Shown piece after piece: positions 1-11,333 of a stretch of DNA of 64,000 nucleotides (the stretch's first letter is position 1; the number at the start of each line of letters is the position of its first letter). Position numbers and translations under genes: made by a program. The stretch is from the NCBI GenBank assembly GCA_002189035.1, contig CM007990.1, forward strand, positions 3,720,001 through 3,784,000, read 5' to 3'. The notes below the pieces were generated by a model. It was not told where the DNA came from, did no database searches, and worked only from the letters and a program-made list of their open reading frames with translations. Source of the stretch: Utricularia gibba. Taxonomy: Eukaryota > Plantae > Magnoliophyta.

Positions 1-13
1 TTGGTTGATAAAG

Positions 14-912
14 AGGCAACTTGCGGGCATGGTGGAAAAGGCTTCAGTGGAAGATGTGATCAAAGTTCTGCTAGCTTCAAGGAAACACGAGATGCAGCAA
101 CTATGGATAACATGCTTCAATCTGGTAGCAAACTCCGGACTCCCATCAAATGAACTAGCAAAACATCTGCCTATCGAAGTCGTGTCGGAGATCAAAGACC
201 TCCGTCTCAAATCGACTATCTCCGCCGCCCGGCGAGAGCTCCTCTACCTAGACAGCGCAGATGTCCAAGCACAGAAGGTTCGGCGGATGAGACGGGCCCT
301 GAATTCATCGGATGTTGAGCTTGTTAAACTCATGGTAATGTCGTATTCTACAGCATTTGGAGGTAGGCTTAAGGACCATATTCATCTCTTGTGGGATTGC
401 AGGTGATCGGGGAAGGGCTCAATCTCGATGAGGCGGCGGCGCTGCATTACGCCGTCGAGTATTGCAGCAGAGAAGTAGTAAAATCTCTACTCGAACTGGG
501 CTTCGCCGATGTGAACTTCCCACTGGTGCTGACCGGGAAAACGCCACTTCACATCGCTGCCGAGATTGTCTCGCCGGACATGGTGGCGGTGCTTCTCGAC
601 CACCACGCCGACCCCACTGTGAAATCCGTCGACGGTGCAACGCCGTTGGATATATTACAGAATTTGACTTCCGATATGATGTTCAAACTTCCCTCGCCCC
701 GGGTGCCGCATGCTATGCCGAATAAGTTGCGGCTTTGTCTCGAGCTTGTGCAGTCGGCGACCATGGTGATCTCTAGAGAGCAAGGGAAGGGCAATGTGTA
801 CGGCGCAATGGGAGCAACGGCTCCGGCCACCACCGGCTCTACAATATTTTACCTGAATCTCAAAGGCCAAAATGGGAAGGGGGAACAAGAGATCAATGCC
901 AACAGTAAATGA
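14..912 (+). CDS. BOP: BLADE-ON-PETIOLE / NPR5-6-like BTB-POZ-ankyrin protein, 3' part (5' exon lies outside the window). Exons 14-334 and 403-912
   Basis: Translation RQLAGMVEKASVEDVIKVLLASRK...LNSSDVELVKLM|VIGEGLNLDEAAALHYAVEYCSREVVKSLLELG...GKTPLHIAAEIVSPDMVAVLLDHHADP...NKLRLCLELVQSA matches BOP1/2. AG acceptor at 12-13. GT-AG intron 335-402 joins the two ORFs in frame. Confidence 0.93.
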
Positions 913-1639
913 AATGGGACAAGAGATGAACGTTTTTCTCCTACTTATGTCATTCATTAATACTTTAATTAAGAATTTCATATACATAAATAATGCATCT
1001 TGAAATATGAAATAGAAATAAAAAAAAAAAGCTTTATATGGAAAAGTTTTGAAATATATTTTTACTTTTTTATAAATAAAATATTTTATGTGTATAATAC
1101 AACTTATTATTATTTTGTTATACAAGAATTGATTTTATAGTCAATAAACGTTAAAGATAAAATTAAATTATTCATGATTTTTTAATTATATTTTCTATTT
1201 TTCTCTCAAAATGAAGATTATGTTTAATCTTAATACAAACACGAGATAACTTTGAAGTAAAATACTTATTTGTCTCATAGAATAATTTTATTGATGGAGA
1301 AGATGCATTAAGAATAGTTTTTTTATTATAATCAAATTTTGTAAATAAAAATATTCCATCTTATCGTATTTTTAATATTTATTTGTAAAATTTGTTTTAT
1401 TTCTGTGATTACTATAAAAATAATATTAAAAATCTTATTTATATATAAAAAAAAGTTCCAAAACAATGCATTACATTTTATTATTCTTTTAAGTAGATTT
1501 TGAATAAAGTTTAAATGAAGAAAATAAAAAGTTTAATTCAATTTCTAATCAAGTAAACGACAAATAAATTTTGTTATTGATGTAAATATATATAAATTTA
1601 ATATATCTGACACTAAAAAATAAAGGGAGCTATTTTCAA

Positions 1640-3900
1640 TTTTCATGAATCCTATTAAATGCGATGTAAGAGATGTGAACAGTAGTTTTGGCGTCATGGT
1701 GAGCTCGTGTTCTCTTCTTGTGTCTGAGCCAAGTATCGAAATTCAACATGGGATCATAACAATGTTAACTGCTAAACGAGAAGGTTGTACTTATTGCAGT
1801 CAGACCAATAACATTTCTGAGAATTGTAAGAGTAAAAATGCACCTATATGTGTGTTAATTACTCTCAGTCATTCCACAAATCAAAGACATGTTGGTCAGA
1901 AAGAGTATATTCAGCCAAATAATAATTGAGGAGAGTACTTGGACAAGCATAAAATGAGTAATAGTGACCTACATTGACATCTTTGGATGAATCCCAGGTC
2001 TCCGTTTTGGATGCTTGTAATGTTCAATTTGCATTAATGACCTAACAATTGACAATGGAGCTACAAGTCACATTTACACTGAATTAAAATTTTTCCCACA
2101 CCTGATGGCAATGTGTGGCATTGCACTAGTCATGCCACAAAAGTCCTTGGATTCATTTTACCACGTGGATTTCTAGCCATTGATGATGTATGCTATGCCT
2201 CTTAGGTGATCTGCTAAATCTTGACTGGCCGCAAAAGCAAGACTTCAAACTTGAATTGCAAAATGGAGGAGTTAGGATAACCGATCCAAAAATTATGAGA
2301 ATATCAAATAGATCTCAAAGCACTGGATGAACTAGCTTATTTAGTGATTCAAAACACCTTTGATATAAAAGATTTGGTCACTATAGTGTGAACACCTTGA
2401 AACTTTTACAGAAAAATGGAAAACCATTTCATGTGAGTATAATAAAGAGCAAAGAAAAATTTGAAGTGGTGCCCCCTGACATTTGAAGCGTATTCAGAAA
2501 ACTTTTTATGAATTAAGACTTTTTTTTATTTTTTTCGATAATTATAATAAGTCTACATAAATAAAAATAATAATTCTTTCAAGAAAATAAAATAAAAAGT
2601 GTTTAGAATTGTTACAAAAAAAGTGGTCACCACACTTAGGTGAATTTCTACATATTACATTGAATCAATAGTGAAGACATCATCCATAAATTCAATGCAC
2701 CTTATAAACCATTAATTATAGTTATGTTAGCCTGCAATAGATGAAAACTTCATCATTTGTATATCAAAATTGTATTTTTGAATCAAGATTTAAATGAAGA
2801 CATATGTAAAATACTCCTCAGGATTTACTATCAAGAATCATCTTGATCACATCTTAAAATTGGACAAGATTTTATATGGATTCAAACAAGCATTCAAAAA
2901 ATAATATTTAACTACTAAAAAGTTCTTTCTTGAACAAAAATATACAAGTAGAAAAAATTCTGAAAAATTGAAGAGGTAAAGTCATCATCTCATTCTATGT
3001 AGATGATATCTTAATTATAGAAAATAATGAAGAACTTATTTTTGAACATAAGAATCTACTACAACATTGATTCGAACTCATTAATCTTGCTCTTGCAATA
3101 TGAAGAGTTCATATTTTTAAATCAAAAGAAGTATATTGAAAATTTGCTAATGTGGATGAATATGAAAAAAAAAAACCAAATCCATATCTTTATTTTTTTT
3201 TCACCAAATGATGAAAAGAAGATGGTCAGCCTCGAAACAAAATCAATTGTTGCATATGATTATCAGAAATTCATTGGATCACTTGTATATCTTATATCCC
3301 ACGAAACTTGATATAACAGTTGCCGTATGCTTTTTCTTTAGGTTTATGCACAAACCGCTCATTGTACACATGGAAATTGCAAAGAAAATACTCAGATATC
3401 TCAAGTTTACTATTCTTCTTGATCTTTACGATGAAAAAGGTACTAATCCAACTTTACAAGAATTTCTACATTTGGATTTTGCTAGGTCTGAAATGGATTG
3501 CAAATCAATAATTTGGTACTTATTTAATGTGTGATAAAAAATATTTACTTGGAATACTAGAAGGCAAGATGTTGCAGCACAATCATTGATTCAGGCGGAA
3601 TACATTGCTAGAAGGGTAGTAGTGAACCATGCACAATAGCTGATCAAGTTGTATGAAGATCTAAAAATCCATATCAAAAGACCAATTATCATGAAGATAG
3701 AAAATAAATTTGCTATTAGGATTGCTCAAAATCATGTGATATTTGATAGAACAAAGCATGTTAAAAACAAATATCATGTGCTTCAAGATTATGTGCAAGA
3801 AGGTTAAAAAACAAGAATATATACCGTCTGAAGATCAAGCTACTTATATACTCATCAAATGCTTTTTTTCAATAACTTCAAAAGAAAACTAGAATTACTA
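1640..3900 (+). mobile_element. Heavily decayed, internally deleted Ty1/Copia retrotransposon remnant
   Basis: Ordered fragments: gag Zn-knuckle-like CTYCSQTNNISENC (~1790), GAG-pre-integrase KRFGHYSVNTLKLLQKN (~2370), RT HILKLDKILYGFKQA (~2850), MHKPLIVHMEIAKKILRYLK (~3345), RNaseH WNTRRQDVAAQSLIQAEYIA (~3550). Many stops and frameshifts. Confidence 0.85.
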
Positions 3901-4399
3901 GGGTTCAATGAATCCCATGAAAGAATCAATCAGATCTTCACTATTCCATCAAGAAGGAAGGTTGGTAAGTGATGAAAAAGTGAAGAATGTGTTGAAACTG
4001 CATGATACTAAACCAGTAAATTGTTAGAAGATCCGAACAATACGAAAAAGGAAGAGGAAGAGGTTCTAGAGATTTCTTAGATTAAAATAATAGAACCAAG
4101 TTCTGAGAAATATCTTAAGTTTATTATATTTGAACCCTCAAGGTTCAAAAGAGTTAATTTGCAGCCTAATAATATTATCACCAATAACTCTCTTTTATTG
4201 ACAAATTATGCTTCCAAGATAGATCATATATGCAGAAGTGATTAGAATAAGAAGACAGGATAGCAGCTAGTGTTGTACACAATAATAACCTGACACTTGA
4301 GGTGATTTATGTTTCAATAACCAAAAAAGAAGTTTTCCAATATAGCCTTTCAAAGTCTTTAATATCCACTTGTTCTCCTGCTACCATCTTAAGAAAGCT

Positions 4400-4850
4400 C
4401 TAACATGAAAGATATTGAAAAACTAATGATTGCCCGACTGCATCACTTGGAGATTTAAGTGAAGAGCATCGAAGAAGATGATCATTGTGCGATTCCGATG
4501 GGAGGCCGCTTCCTGGGCTACATCAGAGAGTTTTTAGGTTCCTTGGTTCCAATGGAAATGTTTTTGGCAATGAGCTATCTGGTTGTGGAACGACTTGTGG
4601 CCTATAGAACGGAGACAGCAAAGTGAACTCTTCTACTTTGGCATGGATGTTCTGCTTAAACTCGACTTACAAGGCACACGAAGGTTCTTTGATGGTTTCT
4701 TTGAGTTAGAACCTCGTTACTGGCATCCATTCTTTCGTCGAGGCTGTTTCTTCCAGAGCTACTACTCTTTGAACTTTCTTTATTCCGACATGCCTCCAAT
4801 ACACCAAGGTTAGAAATTATGTCAAAAGGCATTCTTCCTTTGGCATTCAG
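4400..4850 (+). pseudogene. LCYB: Lycopene beta-cyclase C-terminal fragment with a stop codon, an internal deletion and frameshifts
   Basis: MIARLHHLEI*VKSIEEDDHCAIPMGG (4428-4506), then WNDLWPIERRQQSELFYFGMDVLLKLDLQGTRRFFDGFFELEPRYWH and, after a frameshift, RLFLPELLLFELSLFRHASNTPRLEIMSKG. These follow the LCYB C-terminus. The GIGGTAGMVHPSTGY segment is missing. Confidence 0.88.
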
Positions 4851-5169
4851 TATAAACCACCTGTTGCTACATAGAAAATGAAACTGCTTTCTATGTATTT
4901 ACTGCTGATTATTGGAGCTCCCTGCAAAGGAATTATGATTTGTAACCTCAAATTCAGGTATTCATGTATCATTACATTCCTCTTTGGAATAGTCTTTCTG
5001 CACGCTTCAGAATCAGCTGCAGAATGGAAATAAATCTGTAGTTACTATAATAACCTGTATACTGCAGAGAGTTACTGAAAGATGAAGGTCATGGTCACAT
5101 GTTATGGTAGAAACTATCTGTTTATCGGTGAGCGTAGAAGAAAGGTACATCCTCCAGCCGAGCATAACC

Positions 5170-6874
5170 ATGGCTGCTACCAAATGGAAGCATATCGTTT
5201 TTCCTTTGGCCCTTCTATCCGTTTCATTCCTCTTGCTGATCACCAACTACCTGTTTTTCACTGTCAGCTACTCGAGAAACTTGAACCGAAGCGACTGGTT
5301 TCAGGTTGTCCCGGGGAGATCACAGATGAAAGAAACATGGGGAGCATGGATCCTCGTATCAAGGATGATAGTGATATTCAATTGAATATCATCACAACCC
5401 CAAGCTGGTTAAAGTTTGTTGTCCGTGAATTGGGAGGTGGTAGAATAAACGTGGGAATCATAAACGGCCAAGGCATGATGACAACAAATGAAGATTTTCA
5501 TGTAAATGCACATATAGTGAAGGTTGAATTCGATCAGGTAGGAGAAGATGTTGAGTGGTTTCATTTGTTTCCTGAGAAGATGGATAAATCTTCAAAGTGT
5601 CCCAGTATTCCATTGCCAAAGTTCGAGGATTACCAGTCTCTGGACGTGGTGGTTGCTGAGATTTCCGCCTGCGGCCTTAGAGATGTTTACAGGCTGCAGG
5701 TAAACCTGGTGGTGCTTAACTTACTGGCCAGAAGCAGGAGAACAGGATTCCTTCAGATGTTAGCTGTGTTCCTTGGATCATGCGAGCCGATGCTGGAGAT
5801 TTTCAGATGTGAAGACCTTTTGTGGAAGGAGGGCAATGCCCGGATCTACAGGCCTGATATGGAGAGAATCAGACAGATGATCACGTTGCCTGTGGGAGCC
5901 TGTGAGTTCGTTCCACCATTTTCTCAGGATGGTAAGCTCGAAATCATGGATGTGAATCTTGATTGCTGTTTCGCGTATGGACATGAATGTTCGGCCCATT
6001 TTATGGCTCAATCCCAGGTATTGAAGAAGAAGCATGGACTGGGAAATCTGATTCCAGAGAGGCTTATGTCACAGTACTCCATTCATCAGAAGAGTATGTC
6101 TGTGGTGCCATAGCTCTAGCGCAGAGCATCATCCTGTCCAACTCTACGAAGGAGCTCGTTCTCCTTGCAGATGAGAGCATCTCCCAAGCTTCGATTCGGG
6201 CCCTTGAATACGCCGGCTGGAAAACGAGCCGCATCACTCGAATACGCAGCCCCTTTTCAAGGAAAAACACCTACAACGAGTGGAACTACAGCAAGCTCAG
6301 AGTATGGCAACTTACCAAGTACAAGAAGCTCATATTTGTAGACGCAGATCTGATCGTCAACAAAAACTCGGACAGGTTCTTTGCTTATCCTCAGCTCACA
6401 GCAGCCGGGAACTACCAGAACCACCTCTTCAACTCCGGCCTCATGGTCATTGAACCATCCGAGTGCACCTTCAGAACCCTGGTTGAGAAGATGATGGTGG
6501 TTGAGTCCTACAATGGGGGTGATCAGGGGTTCCTAAATGAAATGTTCCCATGGTGGCATCGCCTTCCTGCGCAGGCCAACTATCTGAAAGTCTTCGTTGA
6601 TCCAGATGATCGTCTGCATTGGATAAACAAGGACATGTTTGTTGTGCATTACACTGGACTGAAGCCATGGAAATGCTACAACGACTGGGACTGCAACTGG
6701 GATTTTCCTCAGTTCCATCGATACGCAAGTCATTCTGCTCAAAGGTTATGGAGAAAGGTTTACAGAAAAATGCCCAAAAACCTGCGTGATTTCTGCTCAC
6801 CAGAAGGTTATCAAGGCAAGAACACAGTAAATTTGAGTGATGCTGCTAAACCACCAATGCAAACGCATCCATAA
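5170..6874 (+). CDS. GUX: GUX4/GUX5-like (PGSIP) GT8 xylan glucuronosyltransferase. Exons 5170-5931 (1-nt frameshift near 5310-5316) and 6018-6874
   Basis: N-terminal signal anchor MAATKWKHIVFPLALLSVSFLLLITNYLFF, then LRDVYRLQVNL and GSCEPMLEIFRCEDL. GT8 core AYVTVLHSSEEYVCGAIALAQS, YNEWNYSKLRVWQLT, FVDAD, YNGGDQGFLNE, HYTGLKPW. GT-AG intron 5932-6017. Confidence 0.9.
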
Positions 6875-7051
6875 AAGTGTAAGTAAACAAGCGGTACGCA
6901 TACAGAGCAATGAATACTTCCAGAGATTTGCCTGTTTCTTTCATTGCAGGTCAAGGATGTTCCAAATGCCACATCAATACTCGAAATAAATCACATGAAT
7001 AGAGAGATTCCACATATATAAAGCAAAAAAAAGAGCAGATAATGCGTCTCT

Positions 7052-8245
7052 CTATTGATGATCAGATGATAGATCTTGAGGGTAACAACCGGAGCATCTA
7101 ACCAATCCGTTCTCATTGCATTCTGAGCATCTCCTCATTTTCCCATCTTTTTGTTCATAAACCTTTCGACTCCCTTTACAAATGGGGCATGGAATGAAAC
7201 GTGCATCCCCACAAACGACACACACGCATCCAAGGTCAGTCAGAGGAAAGCCTTCAAAAAGTTTGGCCAATTCCCCAGTCTCGTTTAGCTGCTTAATATC
7301 CTCTGCCCCGCCAATGTGCTTCCCTCTAATGAACAACTGAGGTAAGCTCACGATTTTTCCTTTCAGAGCTCCCTGCAACTCAACTCTATACGATCTATCC
7401 ATGGAGATATCCCTCTCATCCACACTCACTCTATATACTCGAATAATCTCACGAACGGCGCAACAATCTTCATACGTCTTCCTTATGCCCCTCAAACTAG
7501 TATAGTACAGCACAACTCTATCATCAACACCCGCCAAGCAAAAGGATTTATCACCATCATCAGACTTCATTGAACTCATAGTATCTGGTGTAGCTAGATT
7601 CTCATGCTTTTGCTGTGTGGGAGAAACTCGAAATGGCTTTTCACAGCCATTTTCCTTTCCCTTTAACGCCCTAAGATCACTAGAAATTACGTTGTGATCC
7701 ATTTTAGAAATAAAAGATTCTTCAGATAAATGTTCCCACAAAGGCTTGGAAACCTGGTGATCAAGAAGCTCAACCGACTGCACAACATCAGCACCAGCCT
7801 GAACCCCAGCACGGTTTCCTTTGGGGCAATCGAAGATTTGGAAATTAAATTCTTCCTCTTCAAGGCCTTCCATGAGCTCTGAAGTGTTGATAACTGAATC
7901 CGGGGATAAAGGGTCCTCTGAATCCCAGATCTCTTGAAAGTTCCTCAACTGGGGAGCATGGGCAGCGAAATCAAAGACGCCAAAAGATGGGTTAGGCGGA
8001 TCAACGAGCACAAGCGATCCATAGGTGGTGGAAGTTAGAGCAACAAAGTGATTAGAGTCTCCCTTCCTTAAAGGCGGGTGGTGAACTAAAGCTCTCGGCA
8101 CACACTGAGCCCTCAAAGCAGGAGTAGAAGTAGGCTCCGATAAGGGGTTACACGGCGACTGAATCAGGGAACTGCAGTGGGAAGACCAATCTGGGTTTTG
8201 CTGGTGAGCAACAAAATCAGCAGAACGAGAAGCAGAGCACCCCAT
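7052..8245 (-). CDS. Glutaredoxin-like domain protein (At5g39865/At3g28850 type) with C-terminal Cys-rich domain, intronless
   Basis: 397-aa ORF beginning MGCSASR (N-myristoylation/palmitoylation-like). GRX_GRXh-like domain VVLYYTSLRGIRKTYEDC...VDERDISMD...LPQLFIRGKHIGG and four CxxC pairs (CVVCGDARFIPCPICKGSRK...RCSECNENGLVRCSGC). Confidence 0.95.
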   Translation of the reverse strand: MGCSASRSADFVAHQQNPDWSSHCSSLIQSPCNPLSEPTSTPALRAQCVPRALVHHPPLRKGDSNHFVALTSTTYGSLVLVDPPNPSFGVFDFAAHAPQLRNFQEIWDSEDPLSPDSVINTSELMEGLEEEEFNFQIFDCPKGNRAGVQAGADVVQSVELLDHQVSKPLWEHLSEESFISKMDHNVISSDLRALKGKENGCEKPFRVSPTQQKHENLATPDTMSSMKSDDGDKSFCLAGVDDRVVLYYTSLRGIRKTYEDCCAVREIIRVYRVSVDERDISMDRSYRVELQGALKGKIVSLPQLFIRGKHIGGAEDIKQLNETGELAKLFEGFPLTDLGCVCVVCGDARFIPCPICKGSRKVYEQKDGKMRRCSECNENGLVRCSGCYPQDLSSDHQ

Positions 8246-8871
8246 CGGCGAACAAGACTAGCCACCAAGATAGTAACAAAAAGTCCGATCTTCTCTTTCC
8301 TAGACTCTTCTACATTTCTGGATCATTCATTGGTGCGGCGGTGGCGGCCATCATCGACGCAGAGAAGCAGAAGGTATGAGCAGTTGAACTTGCTCTTCAA
8401 TGCAGGTGCATGAAGCTGCAGAATAAAGTTGATTCACCTCGGGTCACCGTCCAATTTATTTACATCGGACTTGTACTTTTCAGAATTATTTCGAAATTAT
8501 TTTTTGAACGTAATTTAATTTAATAATTATTTTTGAAACTAAAATCAGTTTTGATTATTGTTTGATGAGTTAATTGAGATTTGATTTTATATATTCGCAT
8601 GCATTCTAATTAAATTACAAAAAAGTAATTCTTGATTTTGGGAGAAATTACATTACCTTACTAATTTTGTATAAAATATTTTTTTCAAAAGAATAGAACG
8701 TAAAATCGTGAAAATAAAATGTTCAAAGCATTTCACATTCATTATAGATGGGAGTAGATAATATCGTTCAAGTAGAACGTGAATGGCAATATTTGGTAAC
8801 AAAACCAACACCAAAATCAAACCCAAGCTCTTAATCGATGATGGTACAAAGTTCAATAAGTACACTAAAGT

Positions 8872-9101
8872 TGTATTCTAAAAAATTATTAAAGTCTATT
8901 TTTACTTTTCAAAAATAAAAATAATTTTATTTTAGAACACCATCAATTGTAATAATATTTCTATAAAAAAAATACTTTTGAAATTGTATTACAAAAATTA
9001 TTTTTAAAAAAGTAAGGAATAGATTATTTTTACTTTTTACTTCTATTTTTTTAAAATAATTTTGAAAAGTAAAAATAGATTTTAAAAATTTTCTAAAACA
9101 C
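8872..9101. mobile_element. AT-rich MITE-like foldback (~230 bp)
   Basis: TCTATTTTTACTTTTCAAAA (8895-8914) is the reverse complement of TTTTGAAAAGTAAAAATAGA (9060-9079), with further imperfect pairing outward. Confidence 0.6.
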
Positions 9102-9143
9102 TGATAAAGGGTACTTGATACCCCATTACATAAAAGACTAAAA

Positions 9144-9303
9144 GTGTATTTGGTAAAGAGTATAAAGAAATATAGTTAAATGGAAAATAAAATAAAATAT
9201 TTGATAATTAGGATAAATTATAATTAATATAATTTATACAATGAAAATGAGATAAAATAATGAAAATCCACCTCCTAGTATAATTTATTCATGTACCAAA
9301 CAT
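9144..9303. mobile_element. Possible Tourist-like MITE
   Basis: Termini GTGTATTTGGTA and TACCAAACAT form an imperfect inverted repeat resembling PIF/Tourist TIRs. TSD not established. Confidence 0.35.
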
Positions 9304-11333
9304 AATCTAATAGGTACTTGACAAATCCAATATCGGTTAGGGATGTACATGATTTTAAATTAGTAATTTCAATCATTTTAAATTCTGAAGAAAAATATTT
9401 ATCTTAAAAATGAAAATTAATGGATAATAATAGGAAAGCAAAATTGATGATGGATATTTTGCTCTTCTCGCCACTTTTCCTAAATATTTATTTATTTATT
9501 TATTTATGGATGACGACCCGTGAGCATGGTGAAATTGGGGAAGGGTATACTTGCAACTTTGATAAGCACAAATAAATTGGAATTTTAGAAGTTATAGAAT
9601 AGAAAATCATGAAAATAATATATTTAAATATTAAATAAATAATTTTACATATAAATAAGAATAAATTCAATTTGAATATATATACATATAGTATTAATTA
9701 AAAATAATAATTAAAGGCTAGGAGTTTGCTTTGATAATCATCCCAATACTCATCTTATATATTCAAAAGAGTTGCAAATGATATAATGAATTTCTAATAT
9801 GGCTCCATCCATTAAGGAGCAACGACCAATTTTATATGAAAATATTGGTACGTCATCATAGCAACTAATACTGTATAAAAACCTTAATCAATTCATCATT
9901 TTGTCGTAACCTAAATATTCCTGTCAGCATTCAATGATGTCTTAAAAAAAAATGTTACCAAACAATGTGATGGATGGATAAAGTCGGTCAAGTTTAATCA
10001 GCTTCTGAAAAGCTGCAAAAAAGAATTATGAGGGGATAATGTCAGTCGACAGATCGATATTTGTTAGAAATCTGACAGGTATGGCCACATGACACAATCT
10101 GAAAAACGGCCGAATTACGGCATAACAGGCGGCCGATATCTAAAAAGTGAAATCGTATAGCGGGTGCAGAAAGCAACCGACATTTGCAGACGTCAGGATT
10201 CGGTTAGATTGAGTCATTCTATAAATAGAATGAACTATGACAAAAAGGGGGTTGGACGGGAAAAACTATTCAATTTGTATCATTTTTCTTGGCCACTTCC
10301 GTCTAGTGGAAATTTTCTTCGACGAGTTCTGATAACTCCGTAGTTTTTACATCATCTGGCGGTTTCCACGTAAAAAATCTCCGCCTATTCTTTTTTCAAC
10401 CGATCAAACCAAACCAATCACAAAAAAACGCGACCTTGCGCAATATTCCAGATCGCACCTACCATATAAAATCGGCTTCCCTTCGGATACCGATTTTTAC
10501 CCATAACACAATGAAATAAGTCTATAGTCATTATTAATCAATAATTTACAAATTTCTATATTTTATTTCCTCAACTCATTGATTTAAAATATAATATTCT
10601 CTCCGCTTTTTCCCCAATTTCACCCCGTGAGCATACATTATGAGTGGAGATTCCATTCCATCATAATTGAAGGCACCGGACCCACCATGCCGCGTGCGTG
10701 CTCTTTTATCGGCCCACGCGGACAAATTCATGTCTGGCATCGCGCCGCATGTTGATGTTGATGCACCTTCCTTCTTTCCCATTTATATCGTTTCATTGTT
10801 TTAATTATATAAAATAATATATTTAATTTCTATTCATTTTTTTTATCGTTTCATTGCTTTCGTGGTGGCTTAATTCTATTGTATCGTTTTCCGACAACAT
10901 GAATTCAAGTTTGAATGTGAAAAAAAAAACAATATTATTTATCAGTAACATGGTTAAAATGAATTAAAAATAATAAATCGAACTTATAATCAAAATATTA
11001 AAAAGCATGACAAAAATAAAAATAAATAATTTGGAATTATGTCAATATTTGTTATGTTGAAAAGCACGTAATGAGAGGTGACGCGTATGCTTATTAAATA
11101 AATTGCAAAAGAAATACATAATGAATGATACGAGGCTTCAATGGAGTTGAGGAAAAAGTCGCTTTCCGTAATTAAGGATAAACAACCCTTAATGACTTTT
11201 GAACCTGTAACAAAAACAGAACAGTTGAAAATGCTAACCAAACATGGATTTTACGTGAGGTAAAAATGAGTTGTATATAGAGAGTACCGTATTGTATATG
11301 GTTCATTACCACCTCTCCCACCTAAATGAGGAG

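Noticed and set aside
419-833. Antisense ORFs over BOP, and similar antisense ORFs over MBD8, APUM, the PR-like genes and TEs
   Set aside because: Shadow ORFs of GC-richer coding exons with no independent homology.
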